NCBI RefSeq assembly: GCF_026210795.1
Contig: NC_089432.1
Coordinates: 806,001-870,000, forward strand
Direction of reading: 5' to 3'
Length of the DNA: 64,000 nt
Origin: Rhizophagus irregularis
Taxonomy: Eukaryota
Below are positions 25,101-36,570 of the stretch, in pieces. A model generated the notes under the pieces. It had not been told where the DNA came from and ran no database searches. It saw only the letters and a program-made list of their open reading frames with translations. The translations under genes were made by a program, and so were the position numbers. The stretch's first letter is position 1. Each line of letters begins with the position of its first letter.

Positions 25101-28100
25101 AAATAAAATTTAGTTAGTTTAACTTAGTATATATAATTATTTTATAAATATATTATAATAGGATTAAATAATAACTTATAACTTACATACTAATATATTA
25201 TAAATGATTATAAATAAATAAATTGTTAGTTTAGTAGATCATATTTAATTATATAATAGATATAACTTACCGACTATAATAAATTACCATATGAATAAAG
25301 AATTTAGTAATTATAAATATCATATAAATAAATATACAATTATAACTTACATGCTATATTATTAAATAATTTTTAAATAAAAAATTTAGTTAGTTTAAAT
25401 TATATATTAATTATATGATGATAAAGTTCAATATAACAATTTTAACTTACCAACTAGTAAATAATAAATTAATGTTTAAATTATATATAATTATACAATA
25501 ATAAAGTTCAATATAACAATTACAACTTACCCGCTATAATAAATTAACAAATAATTTTTGATTAAGGATTTAGTTAGTTTAATTATATATAGATATATAT
25601 ATATAAATATGAAATGAAGGAATTTTAACTTACTAACTATAATAAAGTAGTTCCAAATAATTTTAATTAAAGAATTTAGCTTGGACCATTAATTATGTAA
25701 ATGTCTAATAATAAATTTGAATAACTTCTACTTACTAACTACAATCAAATAACAAGTAATTTTTAAATAATATAGTTAGCTTATATTATATGTAAATATC
25801 TTACAAATATTAATTATCGAATAATAAATAAATAATTTCTAACTTACTTGCTATATTATTCATATCATTATTAAACAGTTTTAAATAAGGATTTTAGTTA
25901 GTTTAAATTATATGTAAATCTTATACAAATGTTTAATAGTTAAATAAATAATAACTTATATATAACTTACAATCTATAATAAATTAACAAATAAATTATA
26001 AGAGTTAACTTAGTTTAAATTATATAAAAATATTATATAATTATCTAATAATAAATTTGAATAGTAACTTCTACTTACAAATTATAATAAATTAATAAAT
26101 AATATATTAGCTTTATATTATATGTAAATATCACCCCTGTAAAAAATCTGATCCGTGTTTGTTTTTTCCGTGAATGTATCATTTTCACGGAATTTTTACG
26201 GAAGACACGATACATCAATTGGAATTATAGCGATAATTTATTATTGAGAAATAATGGAAATATTCGGATAAAAATTTTTTATAGGGCACACAAATATGAA
26301 TATGAAATTAATAAATAAATAATTTCTAACTTACTTGCTATATTATTTATATATTAACAAATTTTAAAAATAAAGATTATAGTTAGTTTAAATTATATGT
26401 AAATATTATAAGCATATATAAATATTAAATAACTTATATATAACTTACGAACTATAGTATAATTAAATATATTTATAAAAAAAGAAATTAGTTAGTTTAA
26501 ACTGCATTATTAATAATTATAAATATAGATTAAATAAAAATTTATAACTTACCGACTATAATAAATTTTAAATAATATAATTAATTTATATGTAAGTATT
26601 ATGCAAATATGTAATTTATAAAAGTAACAAATAAATAATTTCTAACTTACTAGCTATAATAAACCACCAAATTTAAAGAATTTAGTTAGTTTAATTTAAT
26701 ATATATATATAAGTATAAAAATAAAAATAATGTGAACTTACTAACTGTAATAAATTAATACCATAAATTTAATTGAAGAATTTAGTTTGTTTGATTGTTT
26801 TTATATAAAAGTCTAATAATAAAATTAAATAAGTAATTTATGGTGGCTTACCCCCTACAATAAAAATAATTTTATAAAAAAAGAATTTAGATAGTTTAAA
26901 CTTTAAACTATAATAATTATTATATAAATATATAATAATAAGGTTAAATAAATTTACTTACAACCTAAAATAAATTATCAAGTTTAGTTGCCTTAATTGT
27001 ATATAAATATCATATAAAAGTATAATAATAAAATTAAATAAATAATTTATGGCTTACAACCTATAATAAATTATCAAATAATTTCACAAATAAGAAATTT
27101 TGTTAGTTTAAACTAAGTAATTATTATATAGGTATATAACAATAGGATTAAAGAATAACTTACGATCTAAAATAAATTAACAAATAAAAATTTAGTTCGT
27201 TTATGTACTAATTGTTATAATAATTAATAATAAATATAAACAAATAATTTATAACATACCATCTATAATAAATTACCAAATATATAATATTATAAATAAG
27301 TGAATTTAATTAGATTAAATCATATATTAGCATTATACAAGCTCTAAATATGTCTTATCAGGTTGAGACTAAAATATTGGGTTATAGGTTAAACCAAGTT
27401 TATCACAAATAAATAAATTACTTACTTCCTACATTAATAAATAATTTTAAAGAATTTTGTTAATTTAAATTGTGTATAGATATTATAACAAATGCATAAA
27501 AATAAAAAAAATAAGCAACTTACTCTCTATTTATTAGATAATTAATCAAGTAAATAATTCAGTTAGTTTAAAAGCTTATATTATACTGCTATAATAAAAA
27601 TATGTAGCAATTAGACTAAATAACTTATAACTCACTTGTTAGGCCTATTAAATAATTTTTTTCAATAAAAATTTGGTTAATTAAATTATATGTAAATATC
27701 TTATAATAAAATTAAATGAGTAATTACGTACTATATTATTAAATAAATATTTGATAAAAAATTTGATTGATTAATATTATGTATGTTATATAAATATGCA
27801 ATAATAAAATTAAATAAATAACTTACTTTTTCCTAATTTTTAATAAGAAAATTGTTAATTTTAAATTATTATATACATGGATATAATATAAAGATGTAAT
27901 AATGAAATTAAGTAAGACTTACTTCCTACTATATTATTCGATAATTTTTTAAATAGAGAATTTAGTTCATATATATTGTATAAATATATGATAATGGAAT
28001 TTAAAACTTACTCCCTATATCATTGGATAATTTTTAATTAAGGAATTTGGTAATTTAGATTATGTATATAATTGTATAAAATAATTGAATAAACAATTTA

Positions 28101-29489
28101 CTTTCTACATTAAAGAATTTTTAAATAAGACTTACTTCCTATTTTATTAAATAATTTTCAAATGTTAGTTTAAATCATATTGATAAAATTGAATAAATAA
28201 ATTGTGACTTACCAACTATAATAAATTATCAAATAATTTTAAATTATAGAGTTAATATATAAATTATATAAATATGCAATAATAAAATTAAATAAATAAT
28301 TTGTAACTTACAGTCTAAATCAAATTACCAAAATAATTTTATATAAATATTATATAAATATGTAATAATAAAATTAAATAAATAGTAATTTATGACTTAC
28401 AACCTAAAATAATTTACCAAATTAATTTTTTATTAGTTAGTTATATGTGAATATTATAATATTAGAGTAAAATAAATAACTCACTCTCTACATTATTAGA
28501 TAATTTTTTTTGAATGAAAGAATTCAGTTAGTTTAAGTTATTTACAATATATGTGGTAGAATCAAATAAATAACTTACTCTCTATAATATTTCAATATTT
28601 TTTTTAAAATTTGGTTAATTTAAGTTATTTAAGTATATAATAATAGAATTAAATAAATAACTTATAACTTACTCTCTACATTATTAAATAATTCATTTTT
28701 AAATAAAAAACTTAGTTAGTATACAATATAGACTGAATATTGTATATAATAGAATTATGTAACTTACCAACTAAGTATTTACCAAATAATTTTGATTAAA
28801 AATTTAGTTAAATATATAAATAATAATAAAAGCATAAACAACCTATAACTTACACCCTATAATATTATTGATCGTTAATTAACTAGACGTAAATATTATT
28901 ATAAAAGTATATATAATTAAATTATAACTTACAATCTAATTTTAAATAAAAAATCAAATTAGTTTGAATTAAACGTGGATATTATATAAATAAAATACAC
29001 ATGAGTATAATATATCCTACCTTCTATAATATCATTAATCATTTAATGATTATTTGAACATGAAAGTTAATTATTTCATTTGAATATCATATAAAATGCA
29101 TTAAAAAAATAAATAACTAATAACTTACTAACTATAATTTTAAATTATTTAGTCATAAATATAAAAAATATTGTAAGTAATTCAACTATTATTCAAATTG
29201 TAAGATGACCAATTATTGACTTACGAGCTAAAATATTTAAATAAAAATAAGTTAGTTCCTATTATTTGTGTATATCACATAGAATTAAGAAACTTTTAAT
29301 TCATAAATATATTTGAATTACAGCTTGTATAGCAAATTATATTTACCTTCAGATTCCATAGCGCCGCTTGAATCTAGTTTTATTATAATATTGCAAATTT
29401 ATTACAAAATTTTAAAATAATTATATAATTCTAATTTGTATTATACATTCATGTTATATTCTTTTACCTTCATCATTTCTATGAGCCAT
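16164..29489 (-). CDS. Predicted two-TM membrane-anchored protein kinase with ~95 microexons. Exons: 29489-29468, 29373-29347, microexons 29227 to 17792, 17717-17501, 17424-16510 (stop as sequenced); ancestral tail continues in another frame to 16270 plus last exon 16186-16164
   Basis: Manual splice: MAHRNDEDSSGAMESEALKDWFEKKSYFGKRRRKIRLTKRNDRCWVTIVP(IY/N)SIITVAFVLWNYYYYADGEIVFWIVYPAVAMAVAFVAYACTGRKWWSKSSFRTKSSGMRRWIKIELGESGDTVLDRFIFHTGLKWFPYNKFKNVEYLDKGGFSTIYKA... then VVLK, HCDLHDGN, DLG, APE. The kinase exons are well supported; the microexon joining is inferred. Confidence 0.75.
16920..17160 (-). repeat. 30-nt coding tandem repeat making an N/D/E/K-rich insert in the kinase domain
   Basis: NKENEVDDNN-like units lie between HCDLHDGN and the DLG motif. 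Confidence 0.85.
17837..18343. mobile_element. MITE with ~85-bp TIR, intronic
   Basis: TATATGTTGTGCCTCAGAT...GACGCACCTCA versus TGAGGTGCGTCAG...TGAGGCACAACATATA, flanked by TA runs. Confidence 0.85.
20763..20970. mobile_element. MITE, intronic
   Basis: CAACTTAATTGTTTGTTTAA versus TTAAACAAGCAATTAAGTTG. Confidence 0.65.
22235..22427. mobile_element. MITE, intronic
   Basis: CAAACTTAATTTTTCAGTTCTCATA versus TATGAGAACCAAAAAATTAAGTTTG. Confidence 0.7.
23265..23714. mobile_element. MITE, intronic
   Basis: TAGTACCAGAAGTCTATACTT versus AAGTATAGACTTCCAGCACCA. Confidence 0.7.
23939..24094. mobile_element. hAT-type MITE, intronic
   Basis: CAGAGGTGCAAACTTT versus AAAGTCTGCACCCCTA; near-perfect 8-bp TSD GTAATTAA/GTGATTAA. 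Confidence 0.7.
24605..24960. repeat. 93-bp tandem repeat (4 copies) of one intron+microexon unit
   Basis: Microexon at 24612, 24705, 24798 and 24891 with essentially identical intervening sequence. Confidence 0.9.
26135..26286. mobile_element. Small MITE, intronic
   Basis: CCCTGTAAAAAAT...ATTTTTTATAGGG termini; higher GC than the flanks. Confidence 0.6.
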
Positions 29490-31621
29490 TATTATATATT
29501 TCTTTCTAAAAGAAAGCGTATATTTATTAAACGAATATGAATATGGGTATTTATATAGTTATTTGGGATAGTTATTTGGGTAGTACCAAGTATTCAGGTT
29601 ACAGGGTTACAGCCAGATTTACTTAATACAGTAAGAATGTATTACAAACAAGTGCAATTATGTTGATCAACAATCAACACAAAAAATTGCATTGCGTGAC
29701 AAAAAAAAAATAACATGAAGCTTTGGTATGCTAAGTTTTATTGAAATCTTCAAAACATAAAACCATCAATACTATTTCTAAATGGGTCACTTCTCATTGG
29801 TTGTAAATTAAATTTCGATTATTAAATTTAAATGATAATTTCATAATTATTTGATATCTATGGTTTTAGAATTAAGTGAACGAAAAATAATTAACTATTT
29901 AAACGGGTTCTTACAGATTATCATAAGGTATGTAGTACTGTATTTTCAGTAGGCAGAAAACAAAAAAAATAGCAATCCAGTTATTTTAATAATACAGAGA
30001 ATCAAAATTTGTGATATAAGAACTGAAGTAAAATTATTAAGTTATTTTGTTTTTTATTTATTTTTTTTTGCAAACAGGAACATACTGTATATATCATGTA
30101 TTTTATTATTTAAATTTATATAGAATTTCATTATTAAAAAATTTTTACCTTTATAAAATAATAATATTAAGAAGGCACATAATTGAAATTAATATATTCC
30201 AGCTACGGATCGTCCTTTGTCGTCGATGATCCATTAAATGACTTTTTCTGTCGATCAAAAATTTTCAAGTTGAAAAAAAAAGAAGAGTTATATGTGTTTG
30301 TTTGTTCTATTTACAAAATTACCCGACGAAAATCTATATAAAGTATAATAAAGGAATGACAACATCTGGATGCAATAATGAGCGAAGAAGAAGTTCGGAA
30401 AAACAAAAGGAACAAAAAGGGATACAAGATCAGCAAGTGTAACAAATATCAGATCTATCTAAAGTTTTTACGAAGTAAGAAGGCGATTTTTGGCTTGTAG
30501 TGTTTAACTTGGTGAGAAAAATTTCGATTTTCGTAGTTTACTGTGGGTGGCGCAGCAAAGAAAGAGAAGTTCAACATGGCGGCAAAACCAAAAAAGAAGG
30601 TTGTATGGATAGAAGAACGAATTAAATTTTAGAAAATGAGGTTCATCGATATTTTTAACAAAGTTATATTAAGTTTATCAAACAGTTTAGAAGCTTAAAA
30701 ATATTCTCTATTTTAGCTATTGAAGAGGTTTTCGAAGTAGACGGAGACAAAAATTTAGCTGACGATCTGCGGCGGACACGAGAATTTCGAAGATCGAATT
30801 TTGTAGATCGGTGTTCGCCTTGCTTATGGAGCCTGTATGGAAACGACGGTTAAAGGTCATGCGACCAAGTCATTTCTGTATATTTGGTAATTACATTGAT
30901 TGTTTTAGCGTTTAGGTTAGTTGAAAAAGGCCGAGTAGTTATTTGGTACGTGGTGTTAGCCTAGTCTGTTTATTTAATTGGAATGTGGTTTAGTTAGTTT
31001 TGTTTGGATAAAGTTTTTAGCCACGAAAGTGGTACTTTATCACATGAATGATTTGTCTTCTTACGTCAAAGTCATTGGGATCAATGTTCCATTTTTCCCC
31101 GGTGAAAGAAATATAAGTTCGCCGTAAATATTAATAATTTTCTATTTTTTAAAAAAAAATTTATAAATAATTCAAAGATAATTTATTATTTTTCCAAAAT
31201 TATTTAAAAAAAAAATTTTAAAAGAACAGACTTTTTGCTGTGCCTCGATATTCTTAAAATTATCTTTACGACATTAAAACCTAAATGGACTGGCACAGAT
31301 AGAATCATAACAATCAGGATTGCCAAAGAATGCACAAGAGCAAGTCGAATTTATTGAAATTAATAAAACATTTTTCTGAAGGTTGACTCACCAACCATTT
31401 ATTTTCCCGTTCGTAAATAAATATTACTGCGGTACTGCAGAATGCTGCCGCAGGAAATTAATGTAAATCATCTAAACTATAATTGGTGATCAACTACTGT
31501 CGTACTACATTCGCTCAAATGAAATATGCTGTGGCTGAGAAAATCATTTCATTATATATTTACTTTTCCGATACTTCTATAGAAAAATAATAAAACAAAA
31601 ATAAAAATACAATAGAATAGA

Positions 31622-33877
31622 ATGACCGATAACATTGAAATGAATCCAAATGAATGGACTAACTGGATTAAAGAGGCTATTTCTAAAAAACATATTAAAT
31701 ATTATGAATATAAGGATTTTCATAATATTGAAATTAACAGTTATGACTTTGGGAATGTTTATCGTGTAAATTGGAAAAATTCGAAACAGTATTTTTCATT
31801 AAAATCGTTTAATCTTGACAACATAACTGTAAAAGAAATTATACGTGAGGTAATTTACAGTAGCGTAAGTAAAATTTATCTTGGTTTACAATATTAATAT
31901 TTACGTCGTTATATTTTAAAAATTTAGTTTGAACTGCGTCGTAAAGTCAATTTTCACGAAAATATTGTTCAATTTTTTGGAATAACGAATAAAGGTATAA
32001 TAAGATATATATATAAATATTTGTTTTTTTTTATTCATATAAAATGCGTTAATAATTTTAATTATTACTTTTTAATTAGAAAGTCAAAATATTCAATTAA
32101 GACAGTATTTATTAGTAATGGAATATTTTAATGGCGGTTCTCTTCGAAATTATTTGGAAGAAAAGTTTAAGGATCTTACTTGGGAAAATAAATATAAGTT
32201 AGCACATCAGTTATCTAGTGCCGTATCACACTTACATGAAAAAGGAATTGTTCATTGTGATCTGGTAAGTAATTAACCATAAGTTATTCAGAACTTTCAA
32301 TAATCTTAATATTTACTCAAATTTTGTTTAAAATATATAAAAATAGCACACAAATAATATATTTGTTCATCAAGATACTATAAAATTGGCGGATTTTGGT
32401 TTATCGAAAAGAATCAAAGGGGCATCTAAACAACAATCAGACTTATTTGGTGTTGTTCCTTATATTGACCCACAATGGTTAAATTGCCGTAATAATTTAG
32501 TACAAGAAGATTCATTAAATGAAAAGAGCGATGTTTACAGTATTGGAGTGATACTATGGGAAATATCAAGTGGTCAACCACCATTTAAAGATAAATCATA
32601 TGATGCAGATTTAGTAATGAAAATTTTACAAGGTCGTAGAGAAACGATGGTTCCAGATACTCCTACTGATTATTTTAATATTTATACTGGTAAATGAAAT
32701 TTTTAATTTTAATTTTGTAATTTGTGTTTTATAAAGTCTTATTTTTTTTGTTTCTTGTTTAGAATGTTGGGATAGCAAACCAAATAATAGGCCGACTATG
32801 GATCAAGTAGTTTTTAAATTGAATGCAATTATCAACACAAAAAATAGTATAATAATAGATAATAATAAATTAATTCCTCAATCATCAGAGAATTCTGATA
32901 ATATTGGTATTTCAAATATTATTAATTTATCGCATGAAGAATTATCATCTATTATGAGAAGTTTTAATAATATGAATGTAAAAGAAATGGAACCTACAAC
33001 ACTAAATATTCATGAAAATATTTTTGAAGAAGACTTGAGCATTATAATTGATGAATTGGTCGATCTTTATTTTAGAGAATTAAATAAAGGGAAGGAAAAT
33101 AATGTAAGAATGCAATGCGTTTTTGATTATGTTAGTAATCACAAGATAGATTTACATGAAATTTATAATTGGCTTTTAAATAATCAATATCATTCAAATT
33201 CTATTTATTTACTTGGATATTTTAATTATCGTGGAATCGAAACTAATATTAACAAGCAAAAAGCGTTTGAATTATATAAAAAAGCAGCAGAATCAGGAAG
33301 TAGTGTGGCTCAATTTGAACTTGCTTATATGTATATTTATGAAAAAGATATTGATAAAGATTATGATAAAGCATTTGAATTATCTAAAAAATTAGTAACA
33401 AAAGAATATTCAAGTGGAATTAATCTGTTGGGTTATTGTTATGAGTGTGGATTTGGAACTTGCATTAATATGCCAAAGGCATTTGAATTATATCAAAAGG
33501 CTGCAAATTTAGGAAATCTTAGATCTCAATTTAATCTCGCCTTGATGTATATATACGGAAAGGGTATCGAAAAAGATTACTTTAAGGCGTATGAATTATT
33601 TGAGAAATCAGCGGCAGGAGATTATTCACATGGAATATGTATGCTAGGATATTGTTGTGATCTTGGGTTTGGAACTAGTACTAATAAACAAAAAGCATTT
33701 GAATTATATCAGAAAGCAGCAATTTTAGGAAATCGTATAGCTCAATATAATCTTGCTATGATGTATGAAAAAGGAAGTGGAATTAAAAAAAATTTGTATC
33801 AAGCAATTTATTGGTACAAAAAATCCGCTGAACAGGGATATCAAAATGCTCAAATTAGATTATCAAGGTACTTATAA
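31622..33877 (+). CDS. Protein kinase + C-terminal Sel1 repeats; exons 31622-31849, 31928-31994, 32080-32264, 32347-32689, 32763-33877
   Basis: Four GT-AG introns join the three track ORFs in frame: FSLK, HENIVQFFG, LVMEY, HCDL|HTNN, DFG, SDVYSIG, E|CWDSKPNNRPTM, then about 6 SLR units. Confidence 0.9.
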
Positions 33878-34851
33878 AAAAATACATTTATATATTACGG
33901 ATTTTATTTATTAGAATTATATGAATTGTATTGTAAGTTTTAAATTTTGTATAAAATATGTATTTACATTAGAAAGTATTATGAATAAAGTTTAACTTTT
34001 TTTTATCACCTTTAACATTTTTTAAAACGTTGTAAATGTATCCGAATATTATAATAAATAAAAACAAGAATACAATTACCGTGACAAAATATTGGCATAA
34101 AAAATTTTGTGAATAAATTATTACTTATTTTATTATATTATAGCATAAAGTAAATACGAATCATGTTTGATGATAAATTTATTATATAATTGAGAAGCGC
34201 TTAAAATAAATCAAATATTAACGGAATAGTCAAAATAAATCATCTAAATTTTTTGATCATAATAATTCATAATAATTCATAATACATAATGGATTTTATA
34301 ATCATGTCTGACGTGAAGGTAAAAAAACTAAAACAGAATCAGCGGTAATGTGATGTGATCAAGACACTTAGCTGAATATCACAATTCTGCTCCACGCTCA
34401 ACAATTAGTAAATTCGTAACGTGAATTGATGAGGTGAACGTAACATTATTAATCTTTTAGATGAGAATAGTTTTCGATACCGGAATGCTAAAATCTTGTA
34501 GGTATATCTGGTAGTCCTTTGTGTTTTACCATATAATTATGCATTATAAGTGAGTTAAAATAAGTTTTTTTTTTAAAAAAAAATAAAATCTATCTCTGAA
34601 AAGCGATAAAGGCACACATTCCTATTGATATTGGCATGTAACGTTAGTATCGAATGTTGTGAAATTTCAAATTTAGATATTAATGTGAACGCCTTATAAA
34701 TACCTTCTAAAATCCATTATCGTTTGCCCAATCTACATAATTCAACTTACAAAATTAATAACTCCTATAATGATAATAAATAAACTACAATAATAAATAG
34801 TTTTGATAGGGGAAAAAAGATATCGATCGAAGACCGATATCTCTCATTCAA

Positions 34852-35055
34852 TAGCCCTTTCAATTCCGGTCGGTTACATTTTTCGGTCATGCACAAAATA
34901 AACCATTCTATTAGTGAAACGCGCTCGACCGAAAAAAACGCAAAAATTTTATGGGTCAAAAGTTCGGATATTTCATGTGTTACACAAAAATCAGACAAAT
35001 CAAAATTAAACAAAACCGACCGAAGAATGCAACCGACCGGAATTGAACAGGGCTA
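34852..35055. mobile_element. MITE (hAT-like termini, no clear TSD)
   Basis: TAGCCCTTTCAATTCCGGTCGGTT versus AACCGACCGGAATTGAACAGGGCTA. Confidence 0.75.
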
Positions 35056-35652
35056 ATAAATGAATTGTTCAACCATTAGGAATACTGTGATGTGATGACC
35101 AATAGGAATTAATGTTACTAATAACGTTTATGTTTCACAAAAATATCGTCATTAAAATCCCGCATATTCCTAATCGACTAAACAACAACATTTTTATTTT
35201 ATTTTTTATTTTATTTTCAAAGCACTTTCCAGCACTATACTTTGAATATATAGTTTAATTTTCCGTTGAGCTCACTTATTATTTGATTATTAAAGTGTCG
35301 TATTAACCTACATCGTAAAATGTAACGAATAATTTGTGCGAACGATTAAAAATTTTATGGAATTTTGAGCAACAGAAAAAACCAAAACAAATTTGAAATC
35401 ACATGATATTTATTTCCTGTTATGACTGTTACGTTGTAACGAATGTAACGATTGTAATATTGTGTAAGGGTGAATAGCAGACTGCGGTGGCTTAGAAATT
35501 GATCTGCAGTAGTAACTAATTAAATTATAGCGTGGTGATACGTGTCATCACTTACTAGTACTACAAATATATAAGCGTATTGAGCGAAATGCATGAAAAA
35601 AAAAAATTTTTTCTATTTCCCTTAGAGTAAAATTATTTTATAATTATTCACG

Positions 35653-36570
35653 ATGTTTAATAATAATATTGAAATACGTACAAATGATGTGACAATATCA
35701 AATACTTACAATTTATCACATGAAGAATTAACTCAAATTATTCAAAATTTTGATAAAATTTATATAAAGGAAATAAAACCCACGACTCAAAATATTAATG
35801 AAAGTATATATGAAGAGGATTTAAGTATCGTGGTAGATGAATTAATTAATATTACTTTTAAGGATTTAAATGACGGAAGTGAAAATAATTTAAGAAAATA
35901 TCATATTCTAAATTTTCTTAACAATCACAATATAATATTACAAGAAATTTATAATTGGCTTTTAAATAATCAATATCATTCAAATTCCACTTATCTACTT
36001 GGATATTTTAATTATCATGGAATCGTAACTAGTAAAGATAGGCAAGAGGCATTTAAATTATATCAAACTGCAGCAGAATTAGAAAATATCGTAGCTCAAT
36101 TAGAACTTGCTAATATGTATATATATGGAAAGGGTACCAAAAAAAATTTTGACAAAGCTTTTGAATTGTCTAAAAAGTTGGCAGAAAAAAATAATCCAAA
36201 TGCAATAAATAGATTAGCATATTGTTATGACTTTGGAATTGGGATAGAAATTAATAAACAAAAAGCGTTTGAATTATACCAAAAAGCTGCAGATTTGGGA
36301 AATTCCAATGGAATAAATAACTTGGGAAGTTGTTATGAAGGTGGATTTGGAGCTAATATTAATAAAAAAAAAGCATTTGAATTATATAAAAAGGCAGCAA
36401 ATATGGGAAATGATTATGCTCAATATAACCTTGCTGTGATGTATGAAAAAGGAAATGATATTAAAAAAGATTTGAATCAAGCGATTTATTGGTATGAAAA
36501 ATCTGCTAATCAAGGCCATAAATATGCTAAAAAAAAATTAATTAAACTTTTAGAAAAATGTGTTATTTGA
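35653..36570 (+). CDS. Kinase-less Sel1-repeat protein, 305 aa
   Basis: Intact ORF, family N-terminal motif, about 5 SLR units. Confidence 0.9.
   Translation: MFNNNIEIRTNDVTISNTYNLSHEELTQIIQNFDKIYIKEIKPTTQNINESIYEEDLSIVVDELINITFKDLNDGSENNLRKYHILNFLNNHNIILQEIYNWLLNNQYHSNSTYLLGYFNYHGIVTSKDRQEAFKLYQTAAELENIVAQLELANMYIYGKGTKKNFDKAFELSKKLAEKNNPNAINRLAYCYDFGIGIEINKQKAFELYQKAADLGNSNGINNLGSCYEGGFGANINKKKAFELYKKAANMGNDYAQYNLAVMYEKGNDIKKDLNQAIYWYEKSANQGHKYAKKKLIKLLEKCVI

Larger units (their letters stand above)
17792..29227 (-). other. Microexon array: ~95 units of (branch-like CTAA ... YAG | mostly 3 nt | GTAAGT)
   Basis: On the + strand ACTTAC-NNN-CTA/CTG recurs every ~70-120 nt (for example 29225-27, 28933-35, 24612-14, 18388-90). 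Variant donors GTGAG, GTATGT and GTAGG also occur. TTTAGTTA (minus TAACTAAA) lies about 20-35 nt upstream of many acceptors. Confidence 0.85.

Noticed and set aside
17792..29227. CRISPR-like array or plain satellite reading of the periodic AACTTAC motif
   Set aside because: The context is eukaryotic with no cas genes. The conserved bases are exactly splice donor, acceptor and branch-like signals, and the variable part is 3 nt or a multiple of 3.
17792..29227. Reading each 3-nt exon as a whole codon (phase 0)
   Set aside because: Exon 2 ends in phase 1, and phase 0 includes TAA (inside the 9-nt exon) and a TGA exon near 19156.
30200..31030. Higher-GC segment that looks like a decayed element
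   Set aside because: No intact ORF, TIR or TSD that I can support.
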